DNA of 63,461 bases, the filler included, from Octopus bimaculoides (lineage: Eukaryota), in the NCBI RefSeq assembly GCF_001194135.2. It is 4 parts of 4 records of this genome, joined end to end, with 100 filler letters (N's around TTAATTAATTAA, not from the genome) between each part and the next. Parts side by side here need not be neighbours in the genome. Positions count along the whole stretch, not along the records: positions 30,347 to 54,715 come from NC_069005.1; positions 54,816 to 63,461 come from NC_068983.1; 2 more parts are not named here. The stretch is one strand, 5' to 3'. Below, piece after piece: positions 41,145-55,176 of the stretch (position 1 is its first letter; every line of letters starts with the position of its first letter). The notes beneath the pieces are model-generated. The model worked only from the letters and a program-made list of their open reading frames with translations, had not been told where the DNA came from and searched no databases. A program made the translations under genes and the position numbers.

Positions 41145-41304
41145 TATATATATACATGGATACATACATACATACTCGCAAACAACATTTATACATTCAT
41201 TGTATCTGATAAGTAATATATATATATATATATATATATACATGGATACATACATACATACTCGCAAACAACATTTATACATTCATTGTATCTGATAAGT
41301 AATA
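41145..41304. repeat. Tandem duplication of an ~85-90 bp unit
   Basis: catggatacatacatacatactcgcaaacaacatttatacattcattgtatctgataagtaata occurs twice, separated by (TA)n. Confidence 0.85.
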
Positions 41305-42456
41305 NNNNNNNNNNNNNNNNNNNNNNNNNNNNNATATATATATATATTCATACATATATATGTGTGTGTGTACGCATACATAAAATTGCATTCGTGCGTA
41401 CATAGTATTACCTATATACAGATATAGATACTTGCATACATACATCCATGGATACATACATATGTGCATACTTGTATATGTACATGTTTATATATACACA
41501 CGCAAATACAGAAATTGATATACACATATGGACTTCGACCTACAAATATTCCCATTTATGCAGCATCCAGGAATTGCTATATATGGGCGCATGCACTGGC
41601 ACGCACACACACACACGCACACAACCTTATATGCCACAGAATCGTAGAAAGAACGAAGAATATTATAGCACACTGAGGCATTGATAAAAAGCAAAAACTA
41701 AAAAAAGAAAAGAAAGAAAAAGAAAGAAAAATAGAGGGAAAGCAAAAAGGAAATTGGTGCTGAACCGTCCAAGAGTGCCAAACAATCAAAACAGTCTGTG
41801 TTGACGGTTAGCCAGATAATCTCGCCATGCTGTCTTCGATTCGTAATCTAAGCTGAGTCTGACAAAAATGTTTAACTTCAAATTGGTCCATAGATGTCTT
41901 GAGAGATGTAAATAGATGCGGGAAGAGATGCTGTTCATTGTTCTATGTAACAAATGAGTAGCAGAATTGATTTCCTAATCATGTGATGCAATTAAATGAA
42001 GCATAACATAAGACATTTCCTGTTGCGAAAACTTTTTACCCGCTGAGAATATTTTGACTTTCCGAAACTATATATAACCTTTTTAACTTGGAGTAACTTT
42101 AATAAAACAAACTAAATGATTGTCTTTTAGCCAATGTTAATTAAAAAACAATCCCAGCGTAAGTTTATTAATTTCGTTAAAGTTTTCGCTGTGTTTAATG
42201 TTTTATTTAAGGGAAACCGAAGCGTGAAATTAAAATGCTAGGAAACGCTGTGCGTTAAGAACAAACGTGAAATATTGATTTTCAAATAGTATCATGTTTA
42301 TATATTTTAAGGGTTATATTGTGTGAGAATAAGTGACCCTCAGCACAAACAGACATACATGAGATTTCTTCGATCGCTAAAAATAGCACCCAGATAGCCC
42401 TCAAATAGGAATGTATTAAATAAAGAAAATATTCACTGGATAAATTCGTTGAATCT

Positions 42457-42622
42457 TCATTCAGTAGTTTCGTTCATTAAACTGCGGCCATGCTGGGGCA
42501 ACACTTTCACGGGTTTAGTCGAACAAGTCGATTGCATGCTCATTTTCTAAACGTGGTGCTTATTCTTTTTGACGAAACGCTAAGTTACAGTTACGTAAAC
42601 AAAGCAACACCGGTAGTCAAGT
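42457..42622 (-). mobile_element. SINE family 1, 3' half
   Basis: actgcggccatgctggggca...tttagtcgaacaa..gaaacgctaagttac matches the family tail in reverse. Confidence 0.7.
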
Positions 42623-42769
42623 GGTGTCGGTGGACAGTGGACAGTTAAATACACAAATAAATACACTCATAGAGATAGATAAATATATAGGCATATATNN
42701 NNNNNNNNNNNNNNNNNNNNNNNNNNNNNNNNNNNNNNNNNNNNNNNNNNNNNNNNNNNNNNNNNNNNN

Positions 42770-42841
<72 letters not shown>

Positions 42842-43059
42842 GGTGGTTGTCTACTTATGCAGAGTTTGTTCAAGCAGAGGCAATGCTCCAGTATGGCAGC
42901 CTGTCAACTGACTGAAACAAATAAGAGAATAAAAGAATATGCATATAGCAGTTCGACAAAAGGGGCCGATAGAATAAGTACTACGGCCATGCTGGGGCAA
43001 TATCTCCCTTTCTTTCAACCTCTTTTTTTCCCAATCCTTCGCCATGCTAGACCTCTAAA

Positions 43060-43222
43060 ATCTACAAGTTTTTTTCATTCTCTCTCTGTCTATTTTCTCT
43101 TCTGTTTAAGAGCGTAGGCTCGAAACGTAAAACACATTTTCATGTTTCCCAAGCGTCAAACTAATACGCTTGTTTGTTATTCATACACCAGTCTTCGTCT
43201 TACCTTTTTCTATAAACTTCAA
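43060..43222 (+). repeat. Dispersed repeat module (also at ~32580-32750 on + and ~38460-38550 on -), possibly a Penelope-like terminus
   Basis: Shared aagagcgt..gctcgaaacgt.aa...agcgtcaaacta.t.cacttg.ttgtt..tc; each copy ends at a microsatellite. Confidence 0.6.
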
Positions 43223-43225
43223 CTA

Positions 43226-43296
<71 letters not shown>

Positions 43297-44138
43297 ATGC
43301 GTACGTGTGTATGTATGCGTTTATGTACGTGAAAACTATATGTATATATATGTGTGTGCATTCATTTGCACATGATCATAAACCTAAATATATTATCTAT
43401 CATATAAACCCGCCTCGAATTCAATATATGTTTTATAGTATTTATGACGTACGATCAGAGCAACTTAAACAAGGAATGAATACTGAACTCACACATGAGA
43501 CTAAGAACTCGTATCCAGAATTAAATTAAGCAACCCGTCTCTTCGTATACTTTCATAGAAGCTTGTGGACGTATCAAATAAATTTAAGACTATATGTCTA
43601 TAAGGCAAAATACGTTACATAAATGAAGAAAACTGCTTATACAATGTATGTAACGCATATGTAATTATAGCAACCCGACGCCATTAAACAAAACGATGCT
43701 TGTTCGGAGTTATATAATGAAATATTAAATTGTTGCTTATTTACATTAGCAGTCCTGGTAAATGACTCGAGAGGCTTGTGCGTGAATCCTGTACGAACTT
43801 ACGCAAACACGTTTCCACATCGATTAGATTCGAATCAACGAATATAATAGGAATACAGGTAAATACATTTAAACGTAGATAAAGTATCTAAAAAGGATAT
43901 TTTTGTTTTTCTTTTTAGTTAATATCATATATTATACTTTTACGTGTATTTAGTAAATGAGGATAGGTTAATATGGAAATACATCCGTGGATTTTACAAT
44001 TACAAGAGTTTTAGGCGAATTTCACTGTGGCCTACTTAATTTATAACATCTAAGCGTTGAAAACTACATATCAGTTCGCTGCACTTTTTTGTATAAGATT
44101 TTAGATATGATAAATACGAACGTCCATATATGAATACA

Positions 44139-44299
44139 GGCGCATGGGTGGCTGTGTGGTAAGTAGCTTGCTTCTCAACGACATGGTTCCGAGTTCAGTA
44201 CCATTGCGTAGCACCTTGGGCAAGTGTCTTCTATTCTAGCCTCAGACCGACGAAAGCCTTGTGAGTGAATTTGCTAGACGGAAACTGAAAGAAGCCTGT

Positions 44300-44302
<3 letters not shown>
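44139..44302 (+). mobile_element. SINE family 1, 5' half, ending in (TA)n(TG)n
   Basis: GGCGCATGGGTGGCTGTGTGGTAAGTAGC head, B-box-like GAGTTCAGTACC, body to gaagcctgtcg. Confidence 0.85.
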
Positions 44303-44374
<72 letters not shown>

Positions 44375-47300
44375 TTATGTTTATGTGTCTGTGTGTGTGT
44401 ATGTGTGTGTATGTGTGTGTGTACATTCGCACACAGAGATATGCAAATAGATATCGATACATACATACGTGCATATGTATGAATATGTATATGTATGTGT
44501 TGTGCGTGTGGTGTGTGGTAAGGTCGTGGTGTGTGTTGTGTGTAAGTGTGTGTGCGCTTTTACGCGTGTGTGTGTGTTTGTACATAGGTGTATGAGTTTC
44601 TCACTTTCTGTAGCAAGCCACATATTTGTATATTGGAAAGAATAACGCTTTCATTATCTAGGGATTGAATGCAGAGAATGGGCGGCGTGTTTCGGTATTT
44701 TTAGAACCTCATCAGTGAGTCATAAGTTTTCTCAAATTGACAAAAATAGGAAGATGATAGCAACGAATAAAATCAAGAATATCGAAAAGATAGCACAAAT
44801 GTAGAAATAATTTCATAAGTATCCTAGTTTACCTATTTTCCCTCTTTTATTAGACTCAGCTCGAGAGCTGTGGCCATGATGGAGCACCCTCAATTGATGT
44901 TGCTACACCTTCATTAATTCTCCATTACTAATTGGCATTTGATGGACGAGGGGGTTTTATGCCCTCAGATGCACTTCTTGACGCGAAGCTGGTCCATTGG
45001 GGACTTTTCAACGTAGGAGATGGAGCTTTTTCTTAAAAATATACCAAAATGCAGAAGGTCTCTCAAATACATCGAAAAGTCGAAAAGAATATGTACACGT
45101 ATAATATATACACGTGTGTGTATTTTTTGTGTGTGTATTTTTTGTGTGTGTATTTTTTGTGCGTGTAGTATATATATATATATATATGTATTTATGTATG
45201 TATTTATATATGTACAAAAATGAACAATATAAAATTATTAAAAGTGGTTACAATGTTTCCATACACTTTTTAACAAAGTTCCGGAATGCATTATGGGAAA
45301 CATACTGACTTAACAAATAAATCAACCAAGGTGGAATGAACGAATAAATAAGTAAATATTGAAATATAAATGGAGAAATAAAATAAAATAAATAAAAATA
45401 TAAAAATAAAAATAGAAAAGAATTGTATTGAGAAAATTGATGAATAACGGACACAGTTCATTTCTTAATAAAACATGAGTGATATTAAAATTGGAGTAAT
45501 TTCATTCCCATGTGAATTTCCCTTATACAGACGACAGGAAGTCCAATTCGATTTGGTTTTCTCAGAGGTGATATAGTAAATGAATATTTAATAAAAGACA
45601 TTTTACTGGAAGAAAACTTGCATGCACAAACGGACGATCCGATTATTCTAATGGTGATATTCAGAGTCGAACACAATTACTTAATTTTGATATCCTTCCT
45701 CATTTCGATAATACATAATAGCAGACAATAATTTTCTACCGGAAACTTGTGATTTGCTGAATGGTGACACAGAATGTATAGGCAATTTTCAGCATGTATA
45801 TATGTGAGTGTGTGTGTGTGTGCGTCTGAGTGTGTGTGTGTGTGTGTGTGAGTGTGTGTGTAGATATATATTCTTCATAGAAACACGCATTCGCGCTCAC
45901 ACGCTACAAATTGATATATATATATATATNNNNNNNNNNNNNNNNNNNNNNNNNNNNNNNNNNNNNNNNNNNNNNNNNNNNNNNNNNNNNNNNNNNNNNN
46001 NNNNNNNNNNNNNNNNNNNNNNNNNNNNNNNNNNNNNNNNNNNNNNNNNNNNNNNNNNNNNNNNNNNNNNNNNNNNNNNNNNNNNNNNNNNNNNNNNNNN
46101 NNNNNNNNNNNNNNNNNNNNNNNNNNNNNNNNNNNNNNNNNNNNNNNNNNNNNNNNNNNNNNNNNNNNNNNNNNNNNNNNNNNNNNNNNNNNNNNNNNNN
46201 NNNNNNNNNNNNNNNNNNNNNNNNNNNNNNNNNNNNNNNNNNNNNNNNNNNNNNNNNNNNNNNNNNNNNNNNNNNNNNNNNNNNNNNNNNNNNNNNNNNN
46301 NNNNNNNNNNNNNNNNNNNNNNNNNNNNNNNNNNNNNNNNNNNNNNNNNNNNNNNNNNNNNNNNNNNNNNNNNNNNNNNNNNNNNNNNNNNNNNNNNNNN
46401 NNNNNNNNNNNNNNNNNNNNNNNNNNNNNNNNNNNNNNNNNNNNNNNNNNNNNNNNNNNNNNNNNNNNNNNNNNNNNNNNNNNNNNNNNNNNNNNNNNNN
46501 NNNNNNNNNNNNNNNNNNNNNNNNNNNNNNNNNNNNNNNNNNNNNNNNNNNNNNNNNNNNNNNNNNNNNNNNNNNNNNNNNNNNNNNNNNNNNNNNNNNN
46601 NNNNNNNNNNNNNNNNNNNNNNNNNNNNNNNNNNNNNNNNNNNNNNNNNNNNNNNNNNNNNNNNNNNNNNNNNNNNNNNNNNNNNNNNNNNNNNNNNNNN
46701 NNNNNNNNNNNNNNNNNNNNNNNNNNNNNNNNNNNNNNNNNNNNNNNNNNNNNNCAATAATAAACACACCCACTGCTTCTATTCCATTCCTGCCTGATCA
46801 ATCATCAATTAGCTAACCATTTAACCTATTATCTAATTGGTTGTTTAATTTATCATTATTCATCAATCAATTATTTTTTGTCAAAGTTCCCTCGTCAATA
46901 TTTGCAGCATCTTCAAGGATATAGCTATGCCTTCTCTTGTCGAGGACGGTTTCAGCTCCGTCGATCTCAGAGTTTTTTTCTTTGATATATATAGATGTAT
47001 GGGTATGACCTAGAAGGTACTTGAAAGTGTGGTTGAAAATTCGTATTGATCTGTGTATGCGCTCTGATTTTTGTTACTGTATGTGCGAATTGGTTATCGT
47101 GCGATAATTAGGTGAAAGATAAGCGGAACATGCACGTTCGATAAGGTCATCTGTACACAGAGGAAATATTTCTATGTTCCCAGATGATCTAAAGTGATCT
47201 ATAAAACTGGAAGTGTAACACACTGTTTAAAATATATGGAGAGCGAATGAGGGACTCGACCACACAATATATTGGGGGAATTGCCAGAAGTATAGCGGAG

Positions 47301-47380
47301 AGAAAAGAAGCTACAGGAACGGATATGTGATTAGAAACCCATGTCGGAGAGACGACACAAACACACGCACGCACACACTT

Positions 47381-47415
<35 letters not shown>

Positions 47416-47835
47416 TATATATGTATGTGTATGTGTGTGTATGCGTAATATCTCTCAACTCGTGACCGAAGCATCCTAAGATTAACAATGACGGTATAGT
47501 ACACAACACAGGCAGGGAGATGCTTTTGATACAACCATATGATCAAACTTTACGATGGATAAGAATTAGACTAACAAATGCATAGACGCACCACTTAATA
47601 GAGATAACACACCGCCATCACTACCGCCACAAAAATTTGTCAACAACTAGTTATGAGATTCGAACCCATATCCTGCAAAGACTACGGCCTTGTGAGTATT
47701 TCTGTTGTTGTAACGGCAACTCTACGTTCGAAAAAAATATCGTCTTCTTATTTGTATCGTAGAATATATATTAATATATTTATGAACATATCTCTCTGTA
47801 TATATATAAGCTACTTCTTATCTACACACCTACCT

Positions 47836-47871
<36 letters not shown>

Positions 47872-49494
47872 NNNNNNNNNNNNNNNNNNNNNNNNNNNNN
47901 NNNNNNNNNNNNNNNNNNNNNNNNNNNNNNNNNNNNNNNNNNNNNNNNNNNNNNNNNNNNNNNNNNNNNNNNNNNNNNNNNNNNNNNNNNNNNNNNNNNN
48001 NNNNNNNNNNNNNNNNNNNNNNNNNNNNNNNNNNNNNNNNNNNNNNNNNNNNNNNNNNNNNNNNNNNNNNNNNNNNNNNNNNNNNNNNNNNNNNNNNNNN
48101 NNNNNNNNNNNNNNNNNNNNNNNNNNNNNNNNNNNNNNNNNNNNNNNNNNNNNNNNNNNNNNNNNNNNNNNNNNNNNNNNNNNNNNNNNNNNNNNNNNNN
48201 NNNNNNNNNNNNNNNNNNNNNNNNNNNNNNNNNNNNNATATATATATATATATATATAATGATGTTAGGTCATACATCTGGCTGGCAGGGAAAATTATGA
48301 ATTTTAAAACAGAATGGTAGCTCAGTATATGCTAATATCATTTTATGTTTGGCAAATAAAAAGTAGAACTGACAACGATAGAATAAATGTTAATTAGATA
48401 CAAACATATTAATGCAGCTGATGAAATAAATGAAGGAATGGCTTTAATATGGAATAGATTTAGTGAAGTGACGAAAGAAAGAATGAATTGGAAACTAATA
48501 TTTACTATATAAAAGTCAAGTAAATGTGATATGCCGTTAGCGTGTTTAAAAGAAATCCAAATTATTATGTTGACATAAGTTCTAAGTATGTAGATACAAG
48601 AAAGAGCTGCAAGAAATTTAGCGAATTTTCTAAGTCTTTTAAAGAGAGAATAATATTGAAGCGAAGGAGTGTAAAATCGAGAAATTAACATAGTTATTTA
48701 CCTATTTTTGATATTGTTTATACATTTATTTGTTTGGCATCAACAATACCATTATTTGCAAGCTGCTGCTACTAATATAATCACCAGAGTAAAACGGGGT
48801 CACGGCCAGTCTACGTAAACAGATATGTCTTTCTCTGTATACTGTATAAGATGGGTTTTTGCGCTCGAAATACATAAACGTTTTTCTTTCTTTTTTTGAA
48901 CTTTCATCCCTGCATTCTTAGAGGCTTCCCCCCGTTTCCCTTTCATTTATTATTCTGCGTTTAGAATTTTATCTTCATTTAATCTTATCTTATTTAGATT
49001 TCATTTATTTCTTCATTCGTTAACACACATGTGGGAAGTTTGACTGGTGACTGTTGGTGCTGCCACCTACAATTGCTTTCGGAGTAAGTGAGTGAGAGAG
49101 AGAGAGAGAGAGAGAGAGGGTGGGGGAAGAGATCTTACTTAGAAATAATAGAGAGGCTGGAGTTTTCCTTGAAGGGAAGAGGACCGCTGTGGGTTTCATT
49201 CCTTACTGTATTTTAATTTTTTCCTACCCCTAACTTTCACCTAATTCCTACCATTTCCTTCGGTATTCGCACTGTTTTCTCTTAATCCTTTGTTCTTTCA
49301 CTCTTTCCACGCCAATTCGTCTTTTATCGTCAATATCTTTTAAATTTTTGATTGACCTTACCGATATTGTCCTTACCCTCTCTGTTGTTGTCTAGATTTT
49401 TTATAATTACTGGTGTTGTTGGTACATATATGTAGTCTTTTATAACTCCCATTGCTAGTACTTCTGCCTACATGTATTTGTGTCTGTGTCTGTC

Positions 49495-49620
49495 CCCCCA
49501 TTATCGCTTGATACTAACCTTACAAAGAATAAATCCTGGGGTTAATTTGTTCGACTAAAGTTGGTGCTCCAGCATGGCCCCAGTCAAATGACTGAAACAA
49601 GTAAAAGAATAAAAGAATAT
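49495..49620 (+). mobile_element. SINE family 1, 3' fragment
   Basis: ttcgactaaag..ggtgctccagcatggcc.cagtcaaatgactgaaacaagtaaaagaataaaagaat. Confidence 0.8.
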
Positions 49621-49800
49621 ATACATACATTACGCACATACCCACACGCATATAGAGATGTATACGCATACATTGGTTAAATGTTCATCCTATATATATA
49701 TATATATGAATATTGAAGTGTCCACTATTCTTTGAATTCGAAGTATAACATTGCGTACACGAGTACATTTGTGTGCGTGTTTGATGTGTGTGTGTGTTTC

Positions 49801-49914
<114 letters not shown>

Positions 49915-50299
49915 ACGAAATAGAATAGCTTAAATGACTGACTTAAAACAGTGTTGTTGTGTGGTTGTTTACGTGTTTCTGTTTTTTTTACTTGCCTGCT
50001 TTTTTTTTCCCCTTTCGTCTATCTTTTTACTTTGTATATTAATTGAAGCTGACACCTTCACTCTTTGTCTGTTTTTTTTTGTTTTCCTCGTTTACCTTTT
50101 TCTCTCTTATATTTCCTTACACCTTCGACGCTTTCGCACACCTTTCTAGACGTTTACTTCTCACGTGACACAGCTGATTGACGTTGCGAAAACATTTTCG
50201 CAATGAATGTTAATATTCATCTAATTAATCAATAATATATGCAATTGCTATACGCACTTTAGTAGAAGCGTGCATACACACTATGTGGTGGTATCATTT

Positions 50300-50470
50300 A
50301 TCTTTTAATTGTTTCACTCATTCGACTCCGGCCATGCTGGGGCACCGCCTTGAATTTTTAGTCGAGTGAATCGACTCCAGTGCTTATTCTTTTAAGCCTG
50401 ATAGTTATCGATATCTTTCGGCGAACCGCTTCGTTATGGAGATGTAACCATAGCAACAGTAGTCGTCAAG
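50300..50470 (-). mobile_element. SINE family 1, 3' fragment
   Basis: Reverse match to the tail (gactccggccatgctggggcaccgcc...gaaccgct). Confidence 0.75.
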
Positions 50471-51112
50471 TTGAACAAATGACATTTGATGAGGCGAATG
50501 CCTGGATATGAAAGTATATGAAACTATTCCTTAAAATACATGAACCATTTTGAAACGTCCGTTAAGAGATTATACCTGAAAAGACTAGTAGAGGCGTAAG
50601 AGTTAATCCTGACAGGTGAAAATGGTTATAGTTTACACAATGGTTGATGAAGTAAAATAAAATAATGGAAATCAAAGAGGAAGTCAAAGTGTAAACAAAC
50701 ATTCTAGAGCCGCCACAAGGAAAGAAAGACAAGGTCACTAAGTGGAATTAAAATGAAAGATATAATTATATTTAAGACAAAAGATGACAAAGAATAATTG
50801 AATTTTAGGTTGAGTGACACGATTGGTAAATACGCTTCATAGAGCCAGGGGAAATAACGAGATATTATTTACCTTAAAATAAATTTTAGAAAGTCGAGTC
50901 AAAAGGGACAAAAACTAGGCTAAACGTATATTAAATATAAAGAATTTGATAGGTATGGAGACAAATGGTGATATTGCTAGGTTGTGCTATTGAAAATAAA
51001 TTGATATCGATTTATGAATGGCAGAGCATATAAACTTACTAAATCTTGTTAATAATGATAAGGATCTTTATTATAGTGTGGAAATGATATATGTATGTAT
51101 ACATATATATAT

Positions 51113-51523
51113 AACAGAAATAATTTATTCTCAAACGCATGATAATGTTAATAAAATAGTATGAGCAAAATAAACTATCCATATATTGCAGAAAATTCGT
51201 TACCGGCCAGCCATGAGACTCGAATCTATATCCCTATGATTACCTGTCAAGTGCTTTTCCTTTAAGCTAAACTGCCCAGTGACGTTTTATTCTGCAATTT
51301 TAGGATTTATAAATCTAACTTTAGAAGACACTGACATTAAATTTAACTTTACGATGAAAGTAGACAAAGTTTGCTTTAGAAGCGTTGAGATGTATTGAAA
51401 GATACAGAGATAATTTATTCTCAAACGCATGATAATGATAATAAAATAGCATGAACAGGATAAACTTTCCATATATTGCAAAAAAATTCGTTACCGGCCA
51501 GCCATGGGACTCAAAATCACAAA
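51113..51523. repeat. Direct duplication (~120 bp at 51113 and 51403); the first copy continues into a tRNA-like segment on the minus strand
   Basis: taatttattctcaaacgcatgataatg...cgttaccggccagccatg.gactc occurs twice. Confidence 0.8.
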
Positions 51524-52142
51524 TTTTAGATTCAATAAGACTTGTACAAAATCTCACAGATCCTCTCCGCTCCATTAACATGGTCCAAAGACAAACTCGG
51601 GCAAAATGTCAGGTACCAATATAAGTCGCAGGTAAAGAAGTTTTGGGGTAGAACGATCTCCAGTGCAAGCAAAATTTACTCAAAATGTGCACTGGTTTTA
51701 TATCAGAGTGACCTTCTCCCAAAGCTAGTCTTTAATAAAAATAGAAGTGTGCTTCACTTAGAGTGGTCTTCCAGGATATAGGGCAGCAACGCGGAATTTC
51801 TGAGGTTCCGTGTCATTTCTTGATAGTCACTGAACCTGCTCTGGTTTTACTCTTGCTTTTGGTAAGACTTGTTTTATTCGTGCCGTGTTTCTAGCAAATC
51901 TGCTTTAAGAGGCGAACCCAATGCGGGCACTGGTTTAGTCACCGATCATGCCAACATGCCATTCTTCGTAATTGATTCCATGTTATTAGTAACATTCATC
52001 AGAGATTCCACAAATGATCTGATTTAAACGCAAGAATAAGTAAATTCATGCATATACACATCCATGCGTGCGTATACGTGTGTGTGCATGTAATATGAGT
52101 GTGTGTGTATGTCTGTGTGTGCATATTATATGTATGTATATA

Positions 52143-52221
<79 letters not shown>

Positions 52222-52669
52222 ATATATATATGTTTTCGTATATATATTTGTGTGCTTGTGTATAGACACATATATACATACATATGTGTGTGTATGTTTG
52301 TATGTCTGTATGTATACTTGTCTGTGTGTTTTGTGTGGAATTAGAAGACGTGTGGAATACATAAATAGTGTAAGACGGTAAATCGTATTAGTAATGTATG
52401 TATTAATGTATATATTAATGATTTTGAATAACAATGTAACGTTGTAAAATAATGAGGAATAATTGGACACAAAGAAGCAATAATATGAATTGTTATGTAA
52501 AGCCCTTCCTAGTACTTTTACAGGGCTTAGAAAAACTCAAGAACCGCTGCAATAAGTGTGTGAATACGAGAGGGAAATATGTTACATAAAATCATAACTT
52601 TTCAGAATACCCTCATATCCTATCTTCACATTCATAATTAAAAATAGGTTGATTTTATGATAAGAAAAT

Positions 52670-53165
52670 AGAAAGAGGGAGGGAGAGAGATAGGAAGAGA
52701 GAGAGAAGGAGAGAGAGAGAGAGAGAAGGGGGGAGGGAGAGGAGAGAAAGAGAAAGATAGAGATATAGAGGGAAAGAGAGATGGAAGAAGAGAGAGATAG
52801 GGAGGGAGAGAGAGAGAAAGAGAGAGAGGGGGAGAGGGAGATCGAGATATAGGGAGAGAGAGAGAAAGACAGACAGAGAATGGAAGAGAGGAGGAAAAAT
52901 AGAGAGATTGTGAGAGCGAGAGTGAGATTGAGAGAAAGAATGAGAGAAAGGGAGAGAATGAGAGAGAAAGAGAGAAAGAGAGAAAGAGAAAGCAAGAAAG
53001 AAAGAGAGAGAGGGAGAGGAGGGAGAGAAGAGAGAGAGTAAAAGAGAGAGAGAGAGAGAGAGAGAAGGGGAGAGAGAGAGAGAGAAAGGGAGAGAGAGAG
53101 AGAAAGGGAGAGAGGGAGAGAGACAGAGAGAAAGGGAGAGATAGAGAAAGAGTGAGAGAGAGAGC
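52670..53165. repeat. ~500 bp polypurine (GA-rich) tract
   Basis: Direct reading; few pyrimidines. Confidence 0.9.
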
Positions 53166-53764
53166 TTGTGTGTTTTGCAGTGCAAGATTCGCCAAGTCTA
53201 AAAGGCCTCTGGTTTACANNNNNNNNNNNNNNNNNNNNNNNNNNNNNNNNNNNNNNNNNNNNNNNNNNNNNNNNNNNNNNNNNNNNNNNNNNNNNNNNNN
53301 NNNNNNNNNNNNNNNNNNNNNNNNNNNNNNNNNNNNNNNNNNNNNNNNNNNNNNNNNNNNNNNNNNNNNNNNNNNNNNNNNNNNNNNNNNNNNNNNNNNN
53401 NNNNNNNNNNNNNNNNNNNNNNNNNNNNNNNNNNNNNNNNNNNNNNNNNNNNNNNNNNNNNNNNNNNNNNNNNNNNNNNNNNNNNNNNNNNNNNNNNNNN
53501 NNNNNNNNNNNNNNNNNNNNNNNNNNNNNNNNNNNNNNNNNNNNNNNNNNNNNNNNNNNNNNNNNNNNNNNNNNNNNNNNNNNNNNNNNNNNNNNNNNNN
53601 NNNNNNNNNNNNNNNNNNNNNNNNNNNNNNNNNNNNNNNNNNNNNNNNNNNNNNNNNNNNNNNNNNNNNNNNNNNNNNNNNNNNNNNNNNNNNNNNNNNN
53701 NNNNNNNNNNNNNNNNNNNNNNNNNNNNNNNNNNNNNNNNNNNNNNNNNNNNTATATATATACA

Positions 53765-54144
53765 AACACACACGCTCACAATGTATTTATTACCGGACAC
53801 ATAAACTTAAAGCATATGAAATGTACATTTCTCTGTAAGCCTCATAAAACATTTTTGAGATGCAGTCATTAAAATCAGCTGGTTTAAACGCACGTGGTAG
53901 CCATCACCAATCCAGGTAACTCACGTTTCATCCCATCGGGTATTGAGTTGCTTGGATGGGATTCAAAGACAGTAATCTCCCCTGGCCATTATATTACACA
54001 CGTAAAGAATCTATGGATGTGGAAAACCAGAGGCCTTTTAGACTTGGCTAATCTTGCACTGCAAAACACACAAGCTCTCTCTCTCACTCTTTCTCTATCT
54101 CTCCCTTTCTCTCTGTCTCTCTCCCTCTCTCCCTTTCTCTCGCA

Positions 54145-54180
<36 letters not shown>

Positions 54181-54715
54181 GTTTCTCTCTCTCCCTCTCT
54201 GTTTCTCTCTGTCTCTCTCTCTGTCTCTCTCTCTGTCTCTCTCTCTGTCTCTCTCTCTCTCTCCCTGACTTCTCTCCGTCTCCCTCTTTCTTTCTTGCTT
54301 TCTCTCCGNNNNNNNNNNNNNNNNNNNNNNNNNNNNNNNNNNNNNNNNNNNNNNNNNNNNNNNNNNNNNNNNNNNNNNNNNNNNNNNNNNNNNNNNNGAG
54401 AGAGAGAGAGCTTGTGTGTTTTGCAGTGCAAGATTCGCCAAGTCTAAAAGGCCTCTGGTTTACAACATTCATAGATTCTTTACGTGTGTGATATAATGGC
54501 CAGGCGAGGTAACTCTCTTTGAATCCCATCGAAGCCACTCAATACCCGACGGGATAGAACATGAGTTACCTGGATTGGTGATGGCTACGACGTGGGTTTA
54601 AACCAGCTGCTTTTAATGACTGCATCTCAAAAATGTGTTATGAGGCTTACAGAGAAATGTACATTTCATATGCTTTAAGTTTGTGTCCGGTAATAAATAC
54701 ATTCTGAGTGCGTGT
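53765..54715. repeat. Long inverted repeat: ~315 bp arms (53765-54075 and 54410-54715) around a CT/GA spacer; a third arm start at 53160-53218
   Basis: The arms are reverse complements at roughly 90% identity by eye; 53160-53218 matches 54410-54468 directly. Confidence 0.85.
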
Positions 54716-54815
54716 NNNNNNNNNNNNNNNNNNNNNNNNNNNNNNNNNNNNNNNNNNNNTTAATTAATTAANNNNNNNNNNNNNNNNNNNNNNNNNNNNN
54801 NNNNNNNNNNNNNNN

Positions 54816-55161
54816 ACAACGTTTCCCTAAAAGAAATGGAAAAACTTTCAAAATACAAAGACCTGGAAATAGAGGTAACTCGAATGTGGACTATAAAAAC
54901 AGAAACAATTCCTATCATAGTAGGTGCCTTAAGTATAATAAAAAAATATTCAGACAAATGCATAACAAAAACACCGGGACTTACAAATATATATAACATA
55001 CAGAAAATTGCACTACTGGGCACTGCACACATCCTACGCAAAACACTTTCAATACAGTAACCATAAGAGCATCACAGCAAACCACAGCACATACCCAAGG
55101 CACACAGAGCTGCGCTCGGTAGTGAAGTGAAAGCACGTTATAAAAATAAAACTACTGAACG
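54816..55161 (+). mobile_element. R4/Dong-like LINE 3' end (same subfamily as 4126-5878)
   Basis: EKLSKYKDLEIEVTRMW...IIVGAL...LLGTAHILRKTLSIQ*, plus a 3' UTR nearly identical to 5778-5878, then (TAA)n. Confidence 0.9.
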
Positions 55162-55176
55162 ATAATAATAATAATA

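Noticed and set aside
41145-41304. Exact tandem duplication as a functional minisatellite
   Set aside because: It lies next to a gap and (TA)n runs, so slippage or an assembly duplication is more likely.
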